From: Camelus ferus
Taxonomy: Eukaryota
Reading direction: 5' to 3'
DNA length: 64,000 nt
Assembly (NCBI RefSeq): GCF_009834535.1
Contig: NC_045696.1
Span: forward strand, 63,738,001-63,802,000
Shown: positions 50,711 to 62,840 of the stretch, piece by piece
How positions within the stretch are numbered: the stretch's first letter is position 1
Layout of the letters: every line of letters begins with the position of its first letter
Program-made: the position numbers and the translations under genes
The notes under the pieces: generated by a model
What the model saw: only the letters and a program-made list of their open reading frames with translations
Told to the model about the DNA's origin: nothing
Databases searched by the model: none

Positions 50711-52589
50711 GTGGAGAAGGCGAAAGTCAATACAAGTTCTGTGTGACTATTAAGCGGACCCAGTTGGGATTCAAGTACGTCAATTTCCCTGGAAGCGAGC
50801 AGGGCCAGGATGAAATCTCCAATCTGTGGGAACTCAAGACACCAGCTGCTTGAAGGAAGCCAAACAGCATATTTTTTTAAATTATGGAAGCTCCCCAAAC
50901 AGAAAAACGAATCTCATGTTCTAAACATAATCATTAAGCATCATCATATAAGACATTGCTAGCCTTCCCAAAGGAAAATACACTACCACGTGGCCACTGT
51001 GAACTTAAATTCATCTTGCCCAATTTTCCCAGAATTTGTGTATCCTGATGAAAATTTGAAATGTGTTCTGCTATTTACTGAGAACCCTGGGGAATACATT
51101 TCAACTAAATATCTTTCTTTAACAGCTCACAACATCGAGTCCTACGCATAACCCCCTGTTTGGAAAATCTAGATGGACGCAGGTACTCCTTTTTCGGATA
51201 GGAGCTGTTTCTTACCTCTGCCACTCCTTTGCTTACAGAGAAGCAATCTCCTCAGTGACCCCTGGCAAGCGGTGCCCCTCCATCTTGTGAATGAGATGCC
51301 AGTCTGACCTGTCATCTGTGTTTTGCTTCAGCCTGAGTTCTGGGAAGTGTTGCCTTTTCCCTTCCTGAACATTTGCTTTGAAAATAAAGAGAGGATGTTC
51401 ATCTCTGTCAAGGGCCTCCCAGGGCGTTCCCGCCTGTCAGTCTTCCCCCTTGTCTTGGGAAAGTCCGTCAGGCAAGTGCGAGCTGGACTAACCACTCAGG
51501 TGACTGGACGTGGAAGTGGAGGAGCCCAGGGAGAAGCCTTCTGAAGACTCTTTCCCCCCTTTGTACCTAGGCAGTGATTTCAGCAAGGTGGCTTGTGTTT
51601 TCTAACACCCACACAGCAATTTAAGTGGATTTCAAAACTGTGCTCAAGGACACTGAGGTGCATTTAAAACCCCAGGGGCCTGGCACCTGGGTTCTGGGTC
51701 TGGCTTTGCCAGTGAGCAGCTCTGGACCTTGGATGAGTGTCTTGACTTCTCTGGCCTCTGGGTCCTCAACTGGGAAGTGGGGGAGGCGAATCGAAGTCAT
51801 GGTTATCAACGTTTTCATTTTTCTTTTCAGTCTTTTTTATTATATCCTTACTGCTCTAGGTCTCCATGTTTGAAAGTTTTTTTTTTTTTTTACTTCTATG
51901 CACTCTGAACTCATTAAGCAACCTTTATTTTATTTCTCCTTTTTATTCATCAAAGCCCGCACTGGAGGCTCTGATCAAGCTGGCTGATTGATATTATTTT
52001 AGCCAAGTAAAACCTCATTGTAATGACATGTGGTTGCTTCTAGGATGTTCAAAATTTTGAAAATAGGCTGCAAATCCTTACCATAATATTCACAGACCCT
52101 TAAAATCCTAGAGATCCCAAATGGAGGAACAAATGGGGTAAAATGTCTTTAGAGAAGCCAACTGTGTCCAGTGTTCTGAAGCTTAGACCTGAGAAGGTAG
52201 AACCCCAAGTCCCTATCGTAGGGAAAAAAGCGTTACCGGGCGGGCTGAACTAGCCCAGGCTCAGGCTGTGAAGCCCTAGACAGACCGCCGTCTTTCTTCT
52301 CTGCTGAAGGAGAACCACTATGTGTCTCTGGATGACATCCATCCATGCCTCCCCTCCACTTCACCTTGCCAGTCGCCAGGCCTCTCCATCACCTACGCCC
52401 AAAACGGTGACCACCAAGCAGCTCATTCACCTTTTTGATGGCTCCATCTCCCAACCTCCACTACTTGTGCTTATTCTAGGCCTCAAAGGCAGACGGACTG
52501 GGTTCCTTTTCTCTCCCTACTTTATTGTTTTAATGCACTGGTTGGGCACCTACTCTTTCCCAGGCACACAGTAGATTTATAACACACGC

Positions 52590-52830
52590 TTGCTGAAGGT
52601 ATGAATAAAGTAACCGGCGCAGGTATGAGTTAACTGGGTTGAACATGCCCACGCATTCTATGTCACTTAACTCTCTCAACAACCCTGTAAGGTGGCTGTA
52701 TTCTTCCCATTTTACACCTGAGGAAACTAGATCTCAGAGTGTCTTGACTTCTCTTGTTCAGGGTCATAGCGCAAGAAGGTGGTGAAGGAGAACTTGAGCT
52801 CAGAACTTGAACTTTTGTCTGCATCCTTGG
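52590..52830 (-). mobile_element. MIR SINE
   Basis: ctctcaacaaccctgtaaggtgg...cccattttacacctgaggaaact. Confidence 0.8.
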
Positions 52831-54155
52831 TTTCGGTACCATCATGGACCCCTGCTATTCCTTCCTCCAGCATTTCTGGATGAGCTGATCCTGTCTCTTC
52901 TCCCTCCCCATCACCAGCCCTCCCAGTTCATCAGTCCAGTCCTTAGCTGTCATCCTGCTCGCCATCAAACAAGGCACATCGGTGCTTCTCACTGTGAGGG
53001 CCTTGATCACTTCACTTCCCCTTCAGGACTTACTCCTTCTGGTCCTCTCCTCACCCCCATCCTAACACCTGTCTATCTTGCAAAAAGCTTGCCCCACCCC
53101 TAAAAGTCAACTGTAACACCAATTAGCTGGGCAATGTTGGGCAAGTCATATCCCAGTCAGGGTTCCTATTAGTAAGTGGAAGGATTTAACTTGGTGGCCC
53201 CTGCAGCTTTGACATATATCCCTCTGGTGAACCCCCCTTCTTTTTTCCCCTCCCTTTCTCAAGGCTGCCCTGTCCTTTGCTGAGCCCTCCCTTAGCTGAG
53301 AAGCCAGCACACTCTTCTTTCCCCAAACAACTTCTGGATTTCCAGCTCCTCAGAGGCTTGCTGAACCAGGTAGGCCGAGAGGGCCATTCTCAGCCTCTTG
53401 ACTCTGGCCCAGAGCTCAAGTATCTCTCAACACTGGAGCCGCGGACTCCCAGAGTGTCACACAGTGTCGGGGTTAATGAGCACCCACCTGCTGCCACAGG
53501 CCTGACTGCGGTTCTCCATCCTTGGAAACTAGACACCATCCCTTTATCCATCCCTTCATCACTACATGATCACTTTGGTCAATTTCAGAACCCCAAGTTT
53601 CATCACATTTTCCCCCTTTTAGAACTAGGAAGTTCCTTTTAACTGATGGTTCAGTGTTATCCCCATCACCTATGCCCATTCCACAAATGAAGAACCAAGA
53701 CCCCCACACCCCTGGGTGAAAGGTTACAGCCAAGAACATGAAGGACAGTAAAGGACAGGTGCCTTTTGGGGGAGGATTGATGGTGGAGATATTTGACTGA
53801 AAGCACTCCTTTCTCTCTCGAAGGATAGCCTGGAAAGGACCCACTGGGAAAACAGCCTCTCGTTATTAATCTTTTTGTCAATGACAAGCCCTGTGGCTTT
53901 CCTGCCCCTATGGGCACAATAGTTCAGTTGCTCAAAAACACAGTGCTGATGAGTGCACTATGGCTGCACTACGCTCGGAATGATGGCTCTGAGATACAGG
54001 CCACGGCTGTGCTTCTGGAAGAGAAACAGGAAGAGAAAACCTGCTAGACAAGCATTTCAGCCTAATATAAAGTACCTCCACGGTCACGTGCGCACCTACA
54101 CGCACACTGTCCTGTCCCTTTGATTAAACTAATTTTATACCCATGATGTATTTTT

Positions 54156-54751
54156 AAAATTTTATTTATTTTTTATTTTTTAATTGAAGTTTAGTTGATT
54201 TACAATGTTGTGTTAGTTTCTGGTATACAGCATAGTGATTCAGTTATGCATCTATGCATTTTACATATATATATATATATTCTTTTTCATTATAGGTTAT
54301 TACAAGCTATTGAATATAGTCCCCTGTGCTATACAGTGGGGCTTTTTTATTTATCTATTTTATATATAGTAGTTTGTATCTGCTAATCCCCAAACTCCTA
54401 ATTTATCTCTCTTCCTTTCTCCCCTCTGCTAACCATAAGTTTGTTTCTATGTCTGTGAGTCTGTTTCTGTTTTGTAAATGTTTATTTGTGTCATTTTTTT
54501 AGATTCCACATATAAGTGATATCACATAATATTTGTCTTTCTTTGTCTGACTTAATTTAATATAATGATCTCTAGGTCCATCCCTGTTGCTGTAAATGGC
54601 ATTACTTCATTCTTTTTATGGCTGAGTAGTATTCCTTATATATATATTTATATCACATCTTCTTCATCCAATCATCTGTTAATGGACATTTAAGCTCCTT
54701 CTATGTCTTGATTACTGTAAACAGTGCTGCTATGAACACTGGGGTGCATTG
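54156..54751 (-). mobile_element. Cetartiodactyl L1 3' end, antisense
   Basis: ttaattgaagtttagttgatttacaatgttgtgttagtttctggtatacagcatagtgattcag; TSD catgatgtattttt/catgatgcattttt (54142-54155 and 54752-54765). Confidence 0.92.
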
Positions 54752-57169
54752 CATGATGCATTTTTAAAGAAGGGAAACAATATCCCAAGGCTAATGCTTG
54801 GGGACAGACCCTCCCCTTTCTTGCCTGGCTTGCCAGGGTGGTGCTAAATCAAGTCTAGGATTTGGAGTCAGAAGAAATGGGACTAGGATTCTGGCCTTAA
54901 CCTTGACTCACTGTTCTACCTGGGAAAAGTCCTCTGTTACCCGACACATAAAATGGAAATGCTGCACAGTCATTCACAGTAGCATAGTAGGCATTAGAAA
55001 AATAAAGGCTGGCAAAGGTCTTTGCCAGTTATATGGTGCTGCTCAAATAGAAGTTATTAGTGCCAGGCTTTCATTCTAAGGATCCTTGAGGACATTCATG
55101 TGGGTGAGCCTGGTCACATGTGTGCACACACAGCTACCAGCTCACCTTCTCAAAGGTAGCCATGCCCACATTGCTTGTCTACACAGAGAGCCATGACAGC
55201 TTCCCCACACCAGCTGCCTGAGCTCCTTCACCAACATCTGTAACCTTCCAAGGACTGACCCCACTGACTAGCCTAACCAGTCAAACCAATCCTGTCCTGG
55301 TTACCCAACAAACTTTCTTCTTCCTACCTTCCCCCACTTAAAATGCCCTGACCCGCCTCCACAACCTCTGTCTCCTCTGCGCATCAGAAGCCTACCCATC
55401 CTTCTGGGCACAATTTTAATGCCACCACCTCCAGGAAGTCTTCCCTGATTGATCTCCCACCAACCCTCAACAGAAGTGGTTTCTTCTCCTCTGAACTCAC
55501 CTCATCATCCTTCTCTTAGAGGGTCTATTTTCTGTTAGAGCTCATTGTGGGCACATTCTCTCCCCTTTACCAAAGTTGGAATTTCTCAAGATCAAGTTCT
55601 CTGTCCACCACCCTTCAACCCCACCCAGTACCCTGCACAATTCCCAGCACCAGCAAGGGCTTGGTGTCCCAGGAACAAATGAATGAACATACTTCTCCTT
55701 CCAAACACAAAATTCACCAGAAGTTGGACTGCTGAGTCCGTTCTTCTCTCCCCGGGTGTGGGTTTGAAAGGAATGCTGCATCTGGAACACAGACAGAAGA
55801 CCTCAGGGACATCGGCATCCCTGGGAAGTGGGTAACACAGAGATGGAGGGTCAACTGGAACACAAAATCACATAACTCACAGGGCTGACAATTAATCACC
55901 AAGTAACCACAAAGTTTTTGTGGCACGACCTATTTTTAACAGGTAGTCCAAGTTATGGGGCATATCTAATAAAAATGATAGTAATCATGAACTGATTTAA
56001 TTTTTATTGTTTTACACCTATTCTTCTAGGATATTCAAATATCCAACCCCAAAGGGAGGAGCTGGGAGTGGCAGCATAGGGGCGTTGAAAACATCCTAGT
56101 CTGGGAACGAAAGTCCTAGGCCAAGCTCTGCAACTAATTGGGTATGTGGACATGTCAGAAGAATGTCCTTTTGGGCCCCTTCTGTCCTCCTGTAAATCAC
56201 AGTTAGAGCAGATGCTCCTGTGTGACCTTCAGATTAAGGAGGGTGTACAGTTTTCCCTCAGCCCCCAGTGCCTTCAGCCATTTCCCACTGGCTTCTAACA
56301 AAAGGCCCTCTAGCTTGACTGAACATTGGTCAGCTTCACAGTAGCACACTGTTGGCTGAAGCAAGGCTTCCTTGATGACAAGTGTGGAAGGGGAGCCCGG
56401 AGAAACAGGGAAGGCTGCTGTCAACTCAACCCAGGGAGGGTGTCGCCGTCCGTGGATGTCTTAGGCGGCTGAGTCCAAGTCAGGGCTCCTGGGTTGTGGT
56501 TCCTTGCTCTGCTGTCTTGTCTTTTGGAGGCTCAGCTTTGCCATAGAAAAATGAGGATAACACCTTTGAGCCAGGGGCGGGCGGTTGCGGATTAGCTGAG
56601 CTGGCCACCAACACCCACTGGCCATTGCCCAGAGCCCAGCGGTGAACAGCCATCTACAAGGGGTGGAAGAAAAACAGAGATGCCCCCACCCCTCCGCCAC
56701 CCACACCCAGCGCAAACAGTGCTCACCCCTCACAAGCAAGTAATTAGATGTTCCCGGGGTGGCCAGTAAATTGCTAACTCCTCTTTTTGGGAGGCGGGAA
56801 AGAAAAAGATTGCTATTGAATCTTTCTTGATTTTTCTGTCTGTAGGTGAGTGTGTATTGAGAGAGAGAGAGATAGCGTGTGTGTGAGCACCGCCCCCTCC
56901 ACCCTGTGACTTAACACAACTGAGTATTTACACACCAGATGATCCCTGCAGGAAAAGGCAAGTCCCCAGCTGCTGTGGAATTTTAAAAGATCTCCCTGGA
57001 ATGCCCTTCTGGGATGTCTGGTTCTAATTGCCTCCGTCAGCCAGTGCTGGCGAGCTGGCAGAAGCAATGAGAGGTGAAATTAAACAGATTCCAGTTCACA
57101 TCAGACCCCCAGCCCTGCCAGAGTCCCCCAAGGGCCGGAAAAGAAAACAAACGTGGCCACGGTGATGGG

Positions 57170-57360
57170 TGTGGTAGAAAGAACTCTAGACTGGAAATTG
57201 GAAGGCCCAGATTCTTGCTCCTGCGCTGTCACTAATGCCCTGCCCTGTGTGGTTTTGGACCCATCGCTTCCCTTCTCCCACCTCCAGTTTCCTCATTTGA
57301 TAAATGAGTGGTGAGGACTGCTGGCTGGTCTCCAGGGCCCCTTCCTAGCCTCAGATTCAG
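57170..57360 (+). mobile_element. MIR3-like SINE
   Basis: gtggtagaaagaactctagactggaaattggaaggccc...cagtttcctcatttgataaatgag. Confidence 0.7.
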
Positions 57361-57589
57361 GGACAGAAATGTCAAGCTCTCTTTGCTGGTCTTGGGGGAG
57401 CATTTTCTTCTGAACTTTAAAAATCAGATGCTCTGCATTTTTAGATCTTTAAGAAAAACAGGGGAAAGGGAGGGGATTTTGTTCCCACCCATTACAACCT
57501 AGTATTAGTCCCAGCCTGTCTTTCTCCTGGGTCAGGGATAGGGATGGCTGGAGACCAGCCAGAGAGGAGACAGAGATCCCACAGTTCCT

Positions 57590-57608
57590 TAGCGCCCCCT
57601 ATAGGCCC
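57590..57608 (-). promoter_or_regulatory. CTCF core motif
   Basis: Reverse complement GGGCCTATAGGGGGCGCTA versus consensus TGGCCACCAGGGGGCGCTA. Confidence 0.6.
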
Positions 57609-58004
57609 AAAGGGCAGCCATGCTGAAACAGGAGTAGTCCAAGGAGCCCCTGCCCTCCAGCACCCCAGCCTCTTCTACTGCAAAGCCTCAGGTTTTAGAA
57701 GCAGACAGTTCAAATTGGCCCCTAGGTTGTGGGGAATTTTTCTATCTTTTTAGCCTATTTTTTTAAGACTCAGATTAAAGCCATTGAACTAACAGCCACT
57801 ACAGGCTGGTTTCGAACACCCCGTGGGGCACCTAGGTTAGCGCACAGTGCGCTGGGGGTCACCGAGTACCAAGTCCTGAAGGCCTCTGGCTCACACTCTG
57901 CTTTCAGCTGCCCCCCCACCCCCCGCCAGCCCACTTGCCCCCTAACCCACAGCGGACGCCTGCACGTCTCCCATGACTAGGAGCTCACGATTTTCTGAGT
58001 CAGC

Positions 58005-58400
58005 CTGTGTCCATTAGGGATTTCGTATGGCTAGTAACAGAGTCCAAATCCGAAACTTGACTTTGTCGGATTGGGGGTTTATTTGCTCATCTAAGAGACT
58101 CCTGTAGAGAGCTGCCGTCCACAGAATCACTGGGAACCAGAGCTCCTTGCAGATTTTCCCTAGGTGATTCCTAAAGCATTACTTCCTCATGGGCTTCACA
58201 GACCAAGATGATGACTTAAATTCTAGCCAGGGGGGAAGAAGAGGGTGGGCCAGGGTCCCCAGGGTCCCTTCCCACTAGGTCAGTCCCCTTGAAATTCACC
58301 TAATGACCTGTGCTTGCATCTCAAGGGCCACTCCTGCTGCAGGGAGGTGCTGGGAAGGTGGTCTCATGGCCAGTTTGCATTCAGTTAGGATCTGTTACCA
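58005..58400 (-). mobile_element. Old MaLR LTR (MLT1J/K-like)
   Basis: tgtgtccattagggatt...ggctagtaacagag...gggggtttatttgctcat...aaggccactcctgctgcagggaggtgctgggaa. Confidence 0.55.
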
Positions 58401-60599
58401 GGGGTGGAGGGAGAACGCACATCGAGTCAACGAGAGCTGGACAGGGGTACAGCCTGTGTGGGTGGAGAGAAGCTGTTCCTGGCTGAGAGGCTCTGCAGCG
58501 TTCTCCTACGGACACTAGTTTCCCTCTGCCGCAGAGGGGACAGGAGCCCTGCGCGGCCTCACCTGCGAGTGCTCACCGGATCCAGGAGAACTCTTCACCT
58601 CCCCACACAGCACCAGATTCCTGCCAAGTTGGTGGAGGGAGATGGTATCTGCCCGAACACTCTCACCCAAAGATGATGCCAGGCAAGTCAAACCTCCAAC
58701 CTCCTCTGAGCCAGGCCTCTCTGGTACTTGCCCTAGGGAGAACTATGCCAGCTCACCCACAGGGACCTCATCCCAACTGCAGGCACACCCTCCGCAGAGC
58801 TTGCTGCCAGGTCTGGGACCAGTGGGAAGCTGACACTGGTGGCTTTGTTCTGGTCCCCAATCCTGCCCTGGAGGGAGATCTCCTGCCCACATTTAGATGT
58901 ACCCTCCATTCCAGAGAGAGAGAGAGTTCACTGCTTTCTCCCCAGGTTTGTCCTGCTGGGAGCCAAAATCATTCATCAACTCAGAAAGCAAACCCTTACA
59001 TGTTTAAATTTGGTATTTAAAATGGCAGACAAAGAATGTAGAACAAACAGAGACTGATTTGGCCCTGCAACTAACCTCTTAAGGAGCTAATTTTTAGTCT
59101 CTGGTCTCAGATGCTCCTGGTCCAGCAGGCTCGGAGAAGAGGCTCAGCGGGTGCTGCTGGCCCCCAGGCCACACACATTTTGCTGGATGTGATTTCCTCC
59201 TCCTCAGGAAGCCCACAGGCCTTTCCCTCGTCCTTGGACCACTGCAGGGCCACTTTGCAGTGAAGGAAACTGAGGCACAGAAAGGTTGTTGCTTATACTA
59301 GACCAAGAGGGGTGGGGGGAGACGAAGGAGTAAGCTCCGTTTGGGAACCACTTTCTAAATCTCCTCACTGGGGCGGTGGCGGCAGGTGGGGGTCCAGCGC
59401 TTCATATGGTCTCAACTGGCACTTCTTTTTTATTTCCATGACCATCTACGTAAGTCAGTAACCGCACCAACTGTTTGTGACCATAAACTGCATTCTCTTC
59501 ATAGAGCATCATTTGAAGTGGGCTTCTGTTTTCACCATCCTTGCGCAACATGGCCTTAAAAATGCCTCTTCTCCTCTTCCTGTCACTTTCATCCGTTCCG
59601 TTCTCCCGTGAGACCGAATGTGTTGGAAGAGAGGCCCTTAACCATCCAATTAAAGGAGGATTTGCCTTTAAGATGGAGTTTCCAGGAATGAACCATGTTT
59701 AAAACCCACAACCACCTCTTTGGGAAGGCGAGGGAGAGAAATATTCAGCTTCAATTTGTGAAGAACCATTTATCATGAATACTGTAAAACTACGTCTGTG
59801 TTAGATCTTTTCTCCAGTATAACGAAGTTATTGCACATACATCATGGAAAGGTTCCTAGACTCCTGGCCTCTGCAGACAGCCCCCCAGAGGCCTGCTTTT
59901 CCATTTCTTAGAATATACTTAAGCAAAGATAGAGTATCATTTTGAGCACTTTGCTAGTTGGTATTTTTTCATATTTTTTGTGCTGTTTAATGCTGGGTTC
60001 TTAAAACCTTGGAGCACTTAAAATCCTAATAGCAGGTTGAATTATCACTGCTTTCCAGCCAGGGAAGCTAAAAGAAAGGTTAAAACAAAATGGTTAGGTG
60101 CAAGCTCTGTCTTTAGCTCAAGGGGGAAGCCCATAAGTCCCATGACTCCATCACACTGACTGCACGATTTTAACTGTGCATGTCTGTATACATTGAAATT
60201 ATTATTGAGAAAACTCAGCCAAGTGTCTCCTTTCTCCAGAGCTCAACTGTAATGCCTCCAAAGTGCAAAATCAGAGTAGCTGAAATGGAGCAGCAGCTTG
60301 GTTTGAATAAGTCATTTCAATCCCTAGGTGATTCTCCTTATAAAGTAAGGGTCACATCCCCCAAAGTTCAGTGCAAAGTCTCTCGAATTCCTGGAAAATT
60401 TACCCGGGAAATATAAACAAGAATGTATCTGCAGTGATCTCAACATCTATATGACAATTATTTGTTTAATAAGAATTGACTGAGAGTTTCATCTTCATTG
60501 CATTTTGGGTGCTCAGGACAAGGGTTCAGGATTGACCTCTGGTCTCATAGAGCAGAAGAGGGTGAATTTAAACCCCAGTCTATAAACTGGAAGATATGA

Positions 60600-60885
60600 A
60601 CATTCAGGAAAAAGAAAAGGTGTGGAAGAGAGGATATAGTATACTGATATTTGAATTTTCAGAAAAAGAAAAACGAATATGGATCTACATATACATATTT
60701 AGCTGTATTACAAGCATGATGGATGTATTTGGTAACGTCAGGTACAAGAAGAGGAGTAGTGGGTGGTTGGAATAAGAGAGAGGAGGGAGAATTTCTGCCT
60801 TCTACCTTTTGTACCTTTTGAATTTTAAACCATAAGAATGTATTACCTATTTACACTAGAAGAAATCGCATTTAATTAAAAACCT
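60600..60885 (+). mobile_element. L1ME-like 3' end
   Basis: accttttgtaccttttgaattttaaaccataagaatgtattacctattt. Confidence 0.65.
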
Positions 60886-61084
60886 AATACTAGCTACATT
60901 CCAAGCAGCAGGGTCAGTGGCTCAGAGACCTGGGAGGAGGGAGCAGGACGAAGAGGCGCTGTCTCAGCCAGGCTGGCTGATGGTCTCGATGCCCATGGAC
61001 TTCAGACTGGGCACCTCCTGCTACCAGCACCCACCCAGGGGCCAGGAGTCAAGGCTCATCTTACTCTTAAAAAAAGAAGAAAAA

Positions 61085-61108
61085 GAGGAGGAGGAGGAGG
61101 AGGAGGAG
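61085..61108. repeat. (GAG)n trinucleotide run
   Basis: gaggaggaggaggaggaggaggag after an A-rich tract. Confidence 0.9.
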
Positions 61109-62821
61109 AAGTACATCAGTTGCCAGCTGGCGAGTAATGCTTTTCAAGCAAAGCAACAAGAATGCTTCTGTCCTCGTCTGGGGACCTGGCTGTGGAGGGA
61201 TGCAGGCTAACCAGGGGGCATCCCAGAAGCTGGCCAAGAGAGACTGGGACGCACGAGCCAGGAGGGAGCATTAAGGACATCAGTGCATAGCCCGGGGATG
61301 AGAGGGTTTGTGGAGCCAGGACCCTGTCTCCAGCTGTGTGAAGGGAAGCCGGAAGCCAGGCAAGATGAGAGCCCATGCAGAATGTGTGCCATGGGCAAGC
61401 TGCCCACCTCTCTGAGCTGCCTTTCCTCATCTGTAACACCTCTAACGGCAGTACCCTGGGGTTTTCCTGGTCACGACATAATGCACACAGGATGTCTAGC
61501 ACTGAGTAGGGACTCTGCAGAGGCGCCTGTGTCCTGTCTCTACCACATAATTTCCCATCCAAGCAAGTAGATCTGCCCTGGGTGGTTCCAGGGGGTGAAA
61601 GCTGCAGGAAAATGGACTTGGGCTCCTGTTAGGAAAAGACTTTCCTGCAGGCAGAACTGTGCCAGGAGAGAATGACTCTTGATGGGCAGCATTGCCATAT
61701 GGTACTTCCCGGGGAGAAACCGAAGGTTCTACCTTTGCTGTCTCTGAGTTTCCAAAAGGAAGTGGGATCGGAGCCCCTGGGCCCTCCTTCGCCAGGCTCC
61801 TCTCTGTTCCTGTTCCTCCTCCAGCCAGCCTGCTCCCAGAAAGGCTCAATTAAGAAGGCATTTGCAGACCTCTCTGCGGCTGGCACCACCACATTTTTTA
61901 GATTCCCTCCTCCACTGCTGCAGGAGGTGGGCGTCTGTCTGTGTGCACGTGTCTCTCACCTACCTCAGGAGTCCTGTGACCCTGCCTAAAAGGGATTTTC
62001 TCCTTTGACCTCACCATTCCATCTGGTAGAGTTCTCTCCAGGCTCCAGTGAGGACCAGAAGTAAACAAAGTGAGTGTCTTCTTGGAGAGAAGGTTCTTCG
62101 CTGTGCCCTGGCTCTGCAGGACCCGTGAGCAGGGGCTGTTCTGGGCTCGTGGGGATTCTGGGATAAGTGGGGTCTCGCCCCTGGTCTAGGGTAACCGCAG
62201 TCAAACGGGGGTGACACATACTTAGGCAAGGAACTCTCACCGTGGGAGAGCTGGGATTGACGCTGCAGGGAGGCAGCGCCGGAGGCCCAGGGAGGCAGCT
62301 GGTGATTAATTCCAACACGAGGCACACAGGTCAGCGCTGGCTTCGCGCAGTAGGTGAGGTTGAAACCGGGGTTCAGGGATGAGTCAGAGATTGTGAGTGG
62401 GAGAGATGCCATGATTTCGAAGCTCTCATTAGCTTCATTTTTGGTCTGTGAATCCTTTTTGTTCTCTTGGGTTTTCACACCAGAGAAAGCACTTCCCTTA
62501 CAGGGTGTGACCCGCCCTGGCTTCAGACACCCCTTGGGGTGGGGCCTTGCAGGAAAGACTTGTCTGGCTGCCAGAGCTGGAGCGGTCCGGCCCTGACCAG
62601 ATCCACCCCCCTCAACCCCTGGGAGATGCAGCCCCCCCTTCCCTTTTCCCCTCTCCCCTCCAGTGCCCCGTCTGGGGAGACTTATACAAGTTCCAAATAG
62701 TAAATTTAAGTCCTTGGCAGCCCTCCCACAGATGACTCCCAAATTATCCCATTCCAAGGCTGGGGGTGGGGGAGGCCGGCAGATCAGTCCTGAGGCTGTG
62801 GCCGGGTGGTCTGAGAGCTCC

Positions 62822-62840
62822 GGGCGCCATCTGCTGGCGG
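62822..62840 (-). promoter_or_regulatory. CTCF core motif
   Basis: Reverse complement CCGCCAGCAGATGGCGCCC fits CCASYAGRKGGCRS at every position, in CpG-retaining unique sequence. Confidence 0.7.
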
